A DNA stretch of 64,000 nucleotides from Eledone cirrhosa (Eukaryota): assembly GCA_964016885.1 (NCBI GenBank), contig OZ024741.1:161696001-161760000 (forward strand). Direction: 5' to 3'. The translations under genes and the position numbers were made by a program. A model generated the notes under the pieces. It was not told where the DNA came from. It saw nothing but the letters and a program-made list of their open reading frames with translations, and did not search any database. The first letter of the stretch is position 1; each line of letters starts with the position of its first letter. Positions 1-12,300 of the stretch are shown here, piece after piece.

Positions 1-120
1 TATGTGCATGTGTGTCTATATTTGTTTATGTCCTGTAACTTAATGGTTAAACAAAGAGTACAATAAGAACCAGATTTGAAAAAAATAAAGACTGAGATCG
101 ATATAAAATAATAAAAAATA

Positions 121-1342
121 ATAATAATAATGAAATTATTGTGTACAGTGCTCAGGTGCACTGCAACTCATCAAAGGTGCGTGTATAGTACATAGAATAA
201 TGTACAAATGTCAGGAAAATAAACAGTGTATGAGTCATGATATAATAACAATAACAATAATGAAATATTGTGTACAGTGCCCAGGTGCACCACAACTCAT
301 CAAAAAAGTGCATGTACAGTACATAGGGCAATGCACAAACATCAGTAAAATGAACAGTGCACGAGTCATGATACACACATGTGTGCATGTGTATGGAAGG
401 GGCACATCAGGTGTAGTTTTGGCGTATTTCAGGAAGCATGAGTGTCTTAAAGGATGCAGTGTCTCGGCAGCTAACAATTGACGCAGGCAGTTTGTTCCAT
501 GCTTCAGCAACTCTGAGCGTGAAAAAATGTCTGCGAAAGTCATGGGAGCTGTGCTGTTTTCTTATTTTGTAGGCATGTCCACGTGTGTTAGACACATGGA
601 GATCAAAGAGGCGCTCAGGGTTGCAGTTGGCAAGATGGTTAAAAACTTTGTGGGTATTCACCAAGTCCATTGCCAGACGTCGGAGCTTCAATGAATCCAT
701 GCCCAGGGAAGCAAGGCGTTCAGAGTATGGTAGGTGTCTGATGGAGGGTATGCGCTTGGTTGCACGTCTCTGAACAGTTTCCAGGAGGTCAATGTTCCGA
801 GCAAGATAGGGGTTCCAGACTGATGATGCGAATTCCAAGTGTGGTCGCACCATAGCTGTATACAGTTTTAAATAGATGGCTGGAGAGCGGCTAACAAAGG
901 TCTTGCTGAGTGATGCCAAGACACCCTCGGCCTTCTTGACAATCTTAGAGACATGCTCTGTCCAACGCAAATCGTTGCTGACAGTAATGCCCAGGTCACG
1001 TTCACAAGAGGACTTTTTGATGTCAGTGTTGTGGAGGGAGTATGTGGACGCTGGATTTTTCCTTCCAAAATGCATGGTGGTACACTTGTCCACAGCCAGC
1101 TTCAGTTGCCAGTCTGTGATCCATTGCTGCATTGTGTCCAGGTCTGATTGTAGGAAAGAGTTGTAAATTTCAGGATCAGTCCTTTTGATTTCAAGGTACA
1201 GCTTGATGTCATCTGCATATTTTAGTACCGTGGCATTCTGTAAGTTGGCATCTATGTCATTAATATATGCCACAAACAAAAGAGGACCAAGAACAGATCC
1301 CTGTGGTACACCAGATGACATCTCATATGGTGAAGAATGCTG
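121..1342 (-). mobile_element. 5'-truncated CR1-clade LINE (C-terminal half of RT plus 3' UTR; extra 3'-end copy at 121-244)
   Basis: ORF 407-1321 has SGVPQGSVLGPLLF, YADD, ERDLG, VRPHLE, VQRRATK, TRGH and WNKLP; (ATT)n tail; lies in intron 8. Confidence 0.93.
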
Positions 1343-1442
1343 AGTGGCTAAATCCCTTCACTGTAGTGTCCTAGTATGACTGCAGTTTAATTGACTGAAA
1401 CCAGTATAAGAAGAATAAAAGAATGTAAAATAAACTACTTAC

Positions 1443-1531
1443 TGCTGAAAACATGAAGAGTTTTGTCTTTAAATTTGAGGTTTTGTCCATTTTTTTCTGC
1501 ATGTTGCTCAACATTCTTTTCAATAGCGGAC
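1443..1531 (-). CDS. ACP2: Acid phosphatase exon 8
   Basis: cttaatttcag|(G)PLLKRMLSNMQKKMDKTSNLKTKLFMFSA|gtaagt; 89 nt; phase fits exon 7; ends just before the family HD motif. Confidence 0.93.
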
Positions 1532-1773
1532 CTGAAATTAAGATTCGAAATACTATAAATCAAGTAACTAATCTAACCATAAGTTGGTTAAACAATCAAA
1601 GATATAAAATAGAATAAGTTGGACAATGATGATGATGATGATGATGATGATAATGATGTTGTGTCTGTGTGTGCATGTGTGTAGTTCAAGATTAAGAAAG
1701 ACAAACACAGAGATACAATTACACAAAGTCTTATTTAGATTCATGCTTGTTGGAAAAAGGGAAAATTGGTGTC

Positions 1774-2006
1774 TTAACCTTTTAGCATTTAAACTGGCTA
1801 TATCTGGCCAGAATTCTCTCACCTCTTTCTGTTTAAACCGGTCGTAACCAGCTGTTGATAGTGATGTTAAGTGATAATAAGATCTCAAAATAAATAATAT
1901 CAAAATCTCATGGACTCAATATTATGTGAGATAATTATGTGAAATGAAGCCTTTACTGTGAAAATACAATAGTATATATAGAGTAATGTAAATACTAAAA
2001 GGTTAA
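1774..2006. mobile_element. piggyBac-type MITE (TTAA TSD)
   Basis: TTAA|CCTTTTAGCATTTA ... TAAATACTAAAAGG|TTAA. Homologous copies at 52770-52988 and, inverted and interrupted, at ~51700-52153. Confidence 0.8.
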
Positions 2007-2424
2007 TGTATCGAATGTTAGTCCTTTATCAGGAGGCAAAATAAGATAGGAAGTAAAAAGAAGGAAAGTGTTTATCAGCATAAGTGATGTGGGTGTGTGT
2101 AAGTTGTATGCCTATTAGCATCTGTGTGTGTAAGTGTACTGTAAGAAAAGTAATATTATATTTCTATAATCTGTGCAGAGACAAAGTTGTTAGAGAATTC
2201 CTTGTGAAGAGCTAAACATTATTTTCAGTGTAATCTTCATTAGCACAAAATACTTAGTGGTAGCCAAATGTTACCAGTGGACGAATATAAAGAGGAGTGG
2301 TGTCACACTAAGGATAGAGACAAGTTTAGCCAACAGAATTCAAATGGATTTTCTTTGCAGGTCAGTAGTGTGTGTGTTTTGTTTCTATTTTTTGTGTCAA
2401 TGTGTATCTGTGTACTTATGTGTG

Positions 2425-2774
2425 TTGTGATGGTGTATATTTTGTTAGTGATGATGATGATGATGATAGTGGTAGTGTGTGTGTAGGGGGTGATGTATAT
2501 TTTGTTAGTGATGATGGTGGTGGTGGTGTGTGTAGGGGTGATGTATATTTTGTTATTGATGATGGTGATGATGATGGTGTGTAGGGGTGATGTATATTTT
2601 GTTAGTGATGATGGTGATGATGATGGTGGTGGTGTGTAGGGGTGATGTATATTTTGTTAGTGATGATGGTGATGATGGTGGTGGTGTGTGTGTGTAGGGG
2701 TGATCTATATTTTGTTAGTAATGATGGTGGTGGTGTGTGTGTGTGTGTAGGGGTGTTGTATATTTTGTTAGTAA

Positions 2775-2806
<32 letters not shown>

Positions 2807-3177
2807 TGTGTAGGGGTTGTTGTATATTTTGTTAGTAATGATGATGATGATTGTGATGATGGTAGTGGTGGTGGTGTGTAGGGGTGATGTATATTTTGTT
2901 AGTGATGATGGTGATGATGGTGGTGGTGGTGTGTGTGTAGGGGTGATGTATATTTTGTTAGTAATGATGGTGGTGGTGGTGGTGATGGTGATAATGGTGT
3001 GTGTGTGGTTAGGGGTGTTGTATATTTTGGTAGTAATGATGATGGTGGTGGTAGTGGTGTGTAGGGGTGATGTATATTTTGTTAGTAATGATGGTGATGG
3101 TGTGTTGTATATTTTGTTAGTGATGATGATGATGATGATGGTGGTGGTGTGTGTAGGGGTGATGTATATTTTGTTAG

Positions 3178-3208
<31 letters not shown>

Positions 3209-3320
3209 GTGTAGGGGTGTTGTATATTTTGTTAGTAATGATGATGGTGGTGGTGGTAGTGGTGTGTAGGGGTGATGTATATTTTATTAGTAATGATGGT
3301 GATGATGATGATGGTGTGAG
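2425..3320 (+). repeat. Compound minisatellite, ~16 units: core GTAGGGGTGATGTATATTTTGTTAGT with variable (GAT)n(GGT)n(GT)n linkers
   Basis: The core recurs with linkers of differing length. Confidence 0.9.
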
Positions 3321-3359
3321 TGTGTCGTTAGGTCCATGTATCTGTTATGTGTATTGCCA

Positions 3360-6300
3360 ATGGGTATGTGTGCATGTGTGTGTGCCTGTTGGGATATATC
3401 ATGTGTCCATGTGTGTGTACCTGCTGGGATATGTCATGTCTCCATGTGTGTGTGTATGTGTGTGTACCTGTTGGGATATGTCATGTCTCCATGTGTGTGT
3501 GTATGTGTGTGTACCTGTTGGGATATGTCATGTCTCCATGTGTGTGTGTATGTGTGTGTACCTGCTGGGATATGTCATGTCTCCATGTGTGTGTGTATGT
3601 GTGTGTACCTGTTGGGATATGTCATGTCTCCATGTGTGTGTATATGTGTGTGTACCTGTTGGGATATGTCATGTCTCCATGTGTGTGTGTATGTGTGTGT
3701 ACCTGTTGGGTTATGTCATGTCTCCATGTGTGTGTGTATGTGTGTGTACCTGTTGGGATATATCATGTCTCCATGTGTGTGTGTATGTGTGTGTACCTGT
3801 TGGGATATGTCATGTCTCCATGTGTGTGTGTATGTGTGTGTACCTGTTGGGTTATGTCATGTCTCCATGTGTGTGTGTATGTGTGTGTACCTGTTGGGTT
3901 ATGTCATGTCTCCATGTGTGTGTGTATGTGTGTGTACCTGTTGGGATATGTCATGTCTCCATGTGTGTGTGTATGTGTGTGTACCTGTTGGGATATGTCA
4001 TGTCTCCATGTGTGTGTGTATGTGTGTGTACCTGTTGGGATATGTCATGTCTCCATGTGTGTGTGTATGTGTGTGTACCTGTTGGGTTATGTCATGTCTC
4101 CATGTGTGTGTGTATGTGTGTGTACCTGTTGGGATATGTCATGTCTCCATGTGTGTGTGTATGTGTGTGTACCTGTTGGGATATGTCATGTCTCCATGTG
4201 TGTGTGTATGTGTGTGTACCTGTTGGGTTATGTCATGTCTCCATGTGTGTGTGTATGTGTGTGTACCTGTTGGGATATATCATGTCTCCATGTGTGTGTG
4301 TATGTGTGTGTACCTGTTGGGATATGTCATGTCTCCATGTGTGTGTGTATGTGTGTGTACCTGTTGGGATATGTCATGTCTCCATGTGTGTGTGTATGTG
4401 TGTGTACCTGTTGGGTTATGTCATGTCTCCATGTGTGTGTGTATGTGTGTGTACCTGTTGGGATATGTCATGTCTCCATGTGTGTGTGTATGTGTGTGTA
4501 CCTGTTGGGATATGTCATGTCTCCATGTGTGTGTGTATGTGTGTGTACCTGTTGGGTTATGTCATGTCTCCATGTGTGTGTGTATGTGTGTGTACCTGTT
4601 GGGATATATCATGTCTCCATGTGTGTGTGTATGTGTGTGTACCTGTTGGGATATGTCATGTCTCCATGTGTGTGTGTATGTGTGTGTACCTGTTGGGATA
4701 TGTCATGTCTCCATGTGTGTGTGTATGTGTGTGTACCTGTTGGGATATATCATGTCTCCATGTGTGTGTGTATGTGTGTGTACCTGTTGGGTTATGTCAT
4801 GTCTCCATGTGTGTGTGTATGTGTGTGTACCTGTTGGGATATGTCATGTCTCCATGTGTGTGTGTATGTGTGTGTGTACCTGTTGGGATATGTCATGTCT
4901 CCATGTGTGTGTATGTGTGTGTACCTGTTGGGATATGTCATGTCTCCATGTGTGTGTGTATGTGTGTGTACCTGTTGGGTTATGTCATGTCTCCATGTGT
5001 GTGTGTATGTGTGTGTACCTGTTGGGATATATCATGTCTCCATGTGTGTGTGTATGTGTGTGTACCTGTTGGGTTATGTCATGTCTCCATGTGTGTGTGT
5101 ATGTGTGTGTACCTGTTGGGATATGTCATGTCTCCATGTGTGTGTGTATGTGTGTGTACCTGTTGGGTTATGTCATGTCTCCATGTGTGTGTGTATGTGT
5201 GTGTACCTGTTGGGATATATCATGTCTCCATGTGTGTGTGTATGTGTGTGTACCTGTTGGGTTATGTCATGTCTCCATGTGTGTGTGTATGTGTGTGTAC
5301 CTGTTGGGATATATCATGTCTCCATGTGTGTGTGTATGTGTGTGTACCTGTTGGGTTATGTCATGTCTCCATGTGTGTGTGTATGTGTGTGTACCTGTTG
5401 GGATATATCATGTCTCCATGTGTGTGTGTATGTGTGTGTACCTGTTGGGTTATGTCATGTCTCCATGTGTGTGTGTATGTGTGTGTACCTGTTGGGATAT
5501 ATCATGTCTCCATGTGTGTGTGTATGTGTGTGTACCTGTTGGGTTATGTCATGTCTCCATGTGTGTGTGTATGTGTGTGTACCTGTTGGGTTATGTCATG
5601 TCTCCATGTGTGTGTGTATGTGTGTGTACCTGTTGGGATATGTCATGTCTCCATGTGTGTGTGTATGTGTGTGTACCTGTTGGGATATGTCATGTCTCCA
5701 TGTGTGTGTGTATGTGTGTGTACCTGTTGGGTTATGTCATGTCTCCATGTGTGTGTGTATGTGTGTGTACCTGTTGGGATATATCATGTCTCCATGTGTG
5801 TGTATGTGTGTGTACCTGTTGGGTTATGTCATGTCTCCATGTGTGTGTGTATGTGTGTGTACCTGTTGGGATATATCATGTCTCCATGTGTGTGTGTATG
5901 TGTGTGTACCTGTTGGGTTATGTCATGTCTCCATGTGTGTGTGTATGTGTGTGTACCTGTTGGGATATGTCATGTCTCCATGTGTGTGTGTATGTGTGTG
6001 TACCTGTTGGGATATGTCATGTCTCCATGTGTGTGTGTATGTGTGTGTACCTGTTGGGATATGTCATGTCTCCATGTGTGTGTGTATGTGTGTGTACCTG
6101 TTGGGTTATGTCATGTCTCCATGTGTGTGTGTATGTGTGTGTACCTGTTGGGATATATCATGTCTCCATGTGTGTGTGTATGTGTGTGTACCTGTTGGGA
6201 TATGTCATGTCTCCATGTGTGTGTGTATGTGTGTGTACCTGTTGGGATATGTCATGTCTCCATGTGTGTGTGTATGTGTGTGTACCTGTTGGGATATGTC

Positions 6301-9300
6301 ATGTCTCCATGTGTGTGTGTATGTGTGTGTACCTGTTGGGATATGTCATGTCTCCATGTGTGTGTGTATGTGTGTGTACCTGTTGGGATATACCATGTCT
6401 CCATGTGTGTTTGTATGTGTGTGTACCTGTTGGGTTATGTCATGTCTCCATGTGTGTGTGTATGTGTGTGTACCTGTTGGGATATGTCATGTCTCCATGT
6501 GTGTGTGTATGTGTGTGTACCTGTTGGGTTATGTCATGTCTCCATGTGTGTGTGTATGTGTGTGTACCTGTTGGGATATATCATGTCTCCATGTGTGTGT
6601 GTATGTGTGTGTACCTGTTGGGATATGTCATGTCTCCATGTGTGTGTGTATGTGTGTGTACCTGTTGGGATATGTCATGTCTCCATGTGTGTGTGTACCT
6701 GTTGGGATATGTCATGTCTCCATGTGTGTGTGTATGTGTGTGTGTACCTGTTGGGATATGTCATGTCTCCATGTGTGTGTGTATGTGTGTGTCCCTGTTG
6801 GGATATGTCATGTCTCCATGTGTGTGTGTATGTGTGTGTACCTGTTGGGATATGTCATGTCTCCATGTGTGTGTGTACCTGTTGGGATATGTCATGTCTC
6901 CATGTGTGTGTGTATGTGTGTGTGTACCTGTTGGGATATGTCATGTCTCCATGTGTGTGTGTATGTGTGTGTGTACCTGTTGGGATATGTCATGTCTCCA
7001 TGTGTGTGTGTACCTGTTGGGATATGTCATGTCTCCATGTGTGTGTGTATGTGTGTGTGTACCTGTTGGGATATGTCATGTCTCCATGTGTGTGTGTATG
7101 TGTGTGTGTACCTGTTGGGATATGTCATGTCTCCATGTGTGTGTGTATGTGTGTGTGTACCTGTTGGGATATGTCATGTCTCCATGTGTGTGTGTACCTG
7201 TTGGGATATGTCATGTCTCCATGTGTGTGTGTATGTGTGTGTGTACCTGTTGGGATATGTCATGTCTCCATGTGTGTGTGTATGTGTGTGTGTACCTGTT
7301 GGGATATGTCATGTCTCCATGTGTGTGTACCTGCTGGGATATGTCATGTCTCCATGTGTGTGTGTATGTGTGTGTACCTGTTGGGATATGTCATGTCTCC
7401 ATGTGTGTGTGTATGTGTGTGTACCTGTTGGGATATGTCATGTCTCCATGTGTGTGTGTATGTGTGTGTACCTGTTGGGATATGTCATGTCTCCATGTGT
7501 GTGTGTATGTGTGTGTACCTGTTGGGATATGTCATGTCTCCATGTGTGTGTGTATGTGTGTGTACCTGTTGGGATATGTCATGTCTCCATGTGTGTGTGT
7601 ATGTGTGTGTACCTGTTGGGATATGTCATGTCTCCATGTGTGTGTGTACCTGTTGGGATATGTCATGTCTCCATGTGTGTGTGTATGTGTGTGTGTACCT
7701 GTTGGGATATGTCATGTCTCCATGTGTGTGTGTACCTGTTGGGATATGTCATGTCTCCATGTGTGTGTGTATGTGTGTGTGTACCTGTTGGGATATGTCA
7801 TGTCTCCATGTGTGTGTGTACCTGTTGGGATATGTCATGTCTCCATGTGTGTGTGTATGTGTGTGTGTACCTGTTGGGATATGTCATGTCTCCATGTGTG
7901 TGTGTATGTGTGTGTGTACCTGTTGGGATATGTCATGTCTCCATGTGTGTGTGTACCTGTTGGGATATGTCATGTCTCCATGTGTGTGTGTATGTGTGTG
8001 TGTACCTGTTGGGATATGTCATGTCTCCATGTGTGTGTGTATGTGTGTGTGTACCTGTTGGGATATGTCATGTCTCCATGTGTGTGTGTACCTGTTGGGA
8101 TATGTCATGTCTCCATGTGTGTGTGTATGTGTGTGTGTACCTGTTGGGATATGTCATGTCTCCATGTGTGTGTGTACCTGTTGGGATATGTCATGTCTCC
8201 ATGTGTGTGTGTATGTGTGTGTGTACCTGTTGGGATATGTCATGTCTCCATGTGTGTGTGTACCTGTTGGGATATGTCATGTCTCCATGTGTGTGTGTAT
8301 GTGTGTGTGTACCTGTTGGGATATGTCATGTCTCCATGTGTGTGTGTATGTGTGTGTGTACCTGTTGGGATATGTCATGTCTCCATGTGTGTGTGTACCT
8401 GTTGGGATATGTCATGTCTCCATGTGTGTGTGTATGTGTGTGTGTACCTGTTGGGATATGTCATGTCTCCATGTGTGTGTGTATGTGTGTGTGTACCTGT
8501 TGGGATATGTCATGTCTCCATGTGTGTGTGTATGTGTGTGTGTACCTGTTGGGATATGTCATGTCTCCATGTGTGTGTGTACCTGTTGGGATATGTCATG
8601 TCTCCATGTGTGTGTGTATGTGTGTGTGTACCTGTTGGGATATGTCATGTCTCCATGTGTGTGTGTATGTGTGTGTGTACCTGTTGGGATATGTCATGTC
8701 TCCATGTGTGTGTGTACCTGTTGGGATATGTCATGTCTCCATGTGTGTGTGTATGTGTGTGTGTACCTGTTGGGATATGTCATGTCTCCATGTGTGTGTG
8801 TACCTGTTGGGATATGTCATGTCTCCATGTGTGTGTGTATGTGTGTGTGTACCTGTTGGGATATGTCATGTCTCCATGTGTGTGTGTACCTGTTGGGATA
8901 TGTCATGTCTCCATGTGTGTGTGTATGTGTGTGTGTACCTGTTGGGATATGTCATGTCTCCATGTGTGTGTGTACCTGTTGGGATATGTCATGTCTCCAT
9001 GTGTGTGTGTATGTGTGTGTGTACCTGTTGGGATATGTCATGTCTCCATGTGTGTGTGTACCTGTTGGGATATGTCATGTCTCCATGTGTGTGTGTATGT
9101 GTGTGTGTACCTGTTGGGATATGTCATGTCTCCATGTGTGTGTGTACCTGTTGGGATATGTCATGTCTCCATGTGTGTGTGTATGTGTGTGTGTACCTGT
9201 TGGGATATGTCATGTCTCCATGTGTGTGTGTACCTGTTGGGATATGTCATGTCTCCATGTGTGTGTGTACCTGTTGGGATATGTCATGTCTCCATGTGTG

Positions 9301-12300
9301 TGTGTATGTGTGTGTGTACCTGTTGGGATATGTCATGTCTCCATGTGTGTGTGTATGTGTGTGTGTACCTGTTGGGATATGTCATGTCTCCATGTGTGTG
9401 TGTACCTGTTGGGATATGTCATGTCTCCATGTGTGTGTGTATGTGTGTGTGTACCTGTTGGGATATGTCATGTCTCCATGTGTGTGTGTATGTGTGTGTG
9501 TACCTGTTGGGATATGTCATGTCTCCATGTGTGTGTGTACCTGTTGGGATATGTCATGTCTCCATGTGTGTGTGTATGTGTGTGTGTACCTGTTGGGATA
9601 TGTCATGTCTCCATGTGTGTGTGTACCTGTTGGGATATGTCATGTCTCCATGTGTGTGTGTATGTGTGTGTGTACCTGTTGGGATATGTCATGTCTCCAT
9701 GTGTGTGTGTACCTGTTGGGATATGTCATGTCTCCATGTGTGTGTGTATGTGTGTGTGTACCTGTTGGGATATGTCATGTCTCCATGTGTGTGTGTATGT
9801 GTGTGTGTACCTGTTGGGATATGTCATGTCTCCATGTGTGTGTGTACCTGTTGGGATATGTCATGTCTCCATGTGTGTGTGTATGTGTGTGTGTACCTGT
9901 TGGGATATGTCATGTCTCCATGTGTGTGTGTATGTGTGTGTGTACCTGTTGGGATATGTCATGTCTCCATGTGTGTGTGTATGTGTGTGTGTACCTGTTG
10001 GGATATGTCATGTCTCCATGTGTGTGTGTACCTGTTGGGATATGTCATGTCTCCATGTGTGTGTGTATGTGTGTGTGTACCTGTTGGGATATGTCATGTC
10101 TCCATGTGTGTGTGTATGTGTGTGTGTACCTGTTGGGATATGTCATGTCTCCATGTGTGTGTGTATGTGTGTGTGTACCTGTTGGGATATGTCATGTCTC
10201 CATGTGTGTGTGTACCTGTTGGGATATGTCATGTCTCCATGTGTGTGTGTATGTGTGTGTGTACCTGTTGGGATATGTCATGTCTCCATGTGTGTGTGTA
10301 TGTGTGTGTGTACCTGTTGGGATATGTCATGTCTCCATGTGTGTGTACCTGCTGGGATATGTCATGTCTCCATGTGTGTGTGTATGTGTGTGTACCTGTT
10401 GGGATATGTCATGTCTCCATGTGTGTGTGTATGTGTGTGTACCTGTTGGGATATGTCATGTCTCCATGTGTGTGTGTATGTGTGTGTACCTGTTGGGATA
10501 TGTCATGTCTCCATGTGTGTGTGTATGTGTGTGTACCTGTTGGGATATGTCATGTCTCCATGTGTGTGTGTATGTGTGTGTACCTGTTGGGATATGTCAT
10601 GTCTCCATGTGTGTGTGTATGTGTGTGTACCTGTTGGGATATGTCATGTCTCCATGTGTGTGTGTATGTGTGTGTACCTGTTGGGATATGTCATGTCTCC
10701 ATGTGTGTGTGTATGTGTGTGTACCTGTTGGGATATACCATGTCTCCATGTGTGTTTGTATGTGTGTGTACCTGTTGGGTTATGTCATGTCTCCATGTGT
10801 GTGTGTATGTGTGTGTACCTGTTGGGATATGTCATGTCTCCATGTGTGTGTGTATGTGTGTGTACCTGTTGGGATATGTCATGTCTCCATGTGTGTGTGT
10901 ATGTGTGTGTACCTGTTGGGATATGTCATGTCTCCATGTGTGTGTGTATGTGTGTGTACCTGTTGGGATATGTCATGTCTCCATGTGTGTGTGTATGTGT
11001 GTGTACCTGTTGGGATATACCATGTCTCCATGTGTGTTTGTATGTGTGTGTACCTGTTGGGTTATGTCATGTCTCCATGTGTGTGTGTATGTGTGTGTAC
11101 CTGTTGGGATATGTCATGTCTCCATGTGTGTGTGTATGTGTGTGTACCTGTTGGGATATGTCATGTCTCCATGTGTGTGTGTATGTGTGTGTACCTGTTG
11201 GGATATGTCATGTCTCCATGTGTGTGTGTATGTGTGTGTACCTGTTGGGATATGTCATGTCTCCATGTGTGTGTGTATGTGTGTGTACCTGTTGGGATAT
11301 GTCATGTCTCCATGTGTGTGTGTATGTGTGTGTACCTGTTGGGATATACCATGTCTCCATGTGTGTTTGTATGTGTGTGTACCTGTTGGGTTATGTCATG
11401 TCTCCATGTGTGTGTGTATGTGTGTGTACCTGTTGGGATATATCATGTCTCCATGTGTGTGTGTATGTGTGTGTACCTGTTGGGTTATGTCATGTCTCCA
11501 TGTGTGTGTGTATGTGTGTGTACCTGTTGGGATATGTCATGTCTCCATGTGTGTGTATGTGTGTGTACCTGTTGGGATATGTCATGTCTCCATGTGTGTG
11601 TGTATGTGTGTGTACCTGTTGGGATATATCATGTCTCCATGTGTGTGTGTATGTGTGTGTGTACCTGTTGGGATATGTCATGTCTCCATGTGTGTGTGTA
11701 TGTGTGTGTACCTGTTGGGATATGTCATGTCTCCATGTGTGTGTGTACCTGTTGGGATATGTCATGTCTCCATGTGTGTGTGTATGTGTGTGTACCTGTT
11801 GGGATATGTCATGTCTCCATGTGTGTGTGTATGTGTGTGTCCCTGTTGGGATATGTCATGTCTCCATGTGTGTGTGTATGTGTGTGTACCTGTTGGGATA
11901 TGTCATGTCTCCATGTGTGTGTGTACCTGTTGGGATATGTCATGTCTCCATGTGTGTGTGTATGTGTGTGTGTACCTGTTGGGATATGTCATGTCTCCAT
12001 GTGTGTGTGTATGTGTGTGTGTACCTGTTGGGATATGTCATGTCTCCATGTGTGTGTGTACCTGTTGGGATATGTCATGTCTCCATGTGTGTGTGTACCT
12101 GTTGGGATATGTCATGTCTCCATGTGTGTGTGTATGTGTGTGTGTACCTGTTGGGATATGTCATGTCTCCATGTGTGTGTGTACCTGTTGGGATATGTCA
12201 TGTCTCCATGTGTGTGTGTATGTGTGTGTGTACCTGTTGGGATATGTCATGTCTCCATGTGTGTGTACCTGCTGGGATATGTCATGTCTCCATGTGTGTG

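Noticed and set aside
2229-2360. Possible antisense (+) exon ending CAG|GTCAGT
   Set aside because: No recognisable protein and no partner exons were found.
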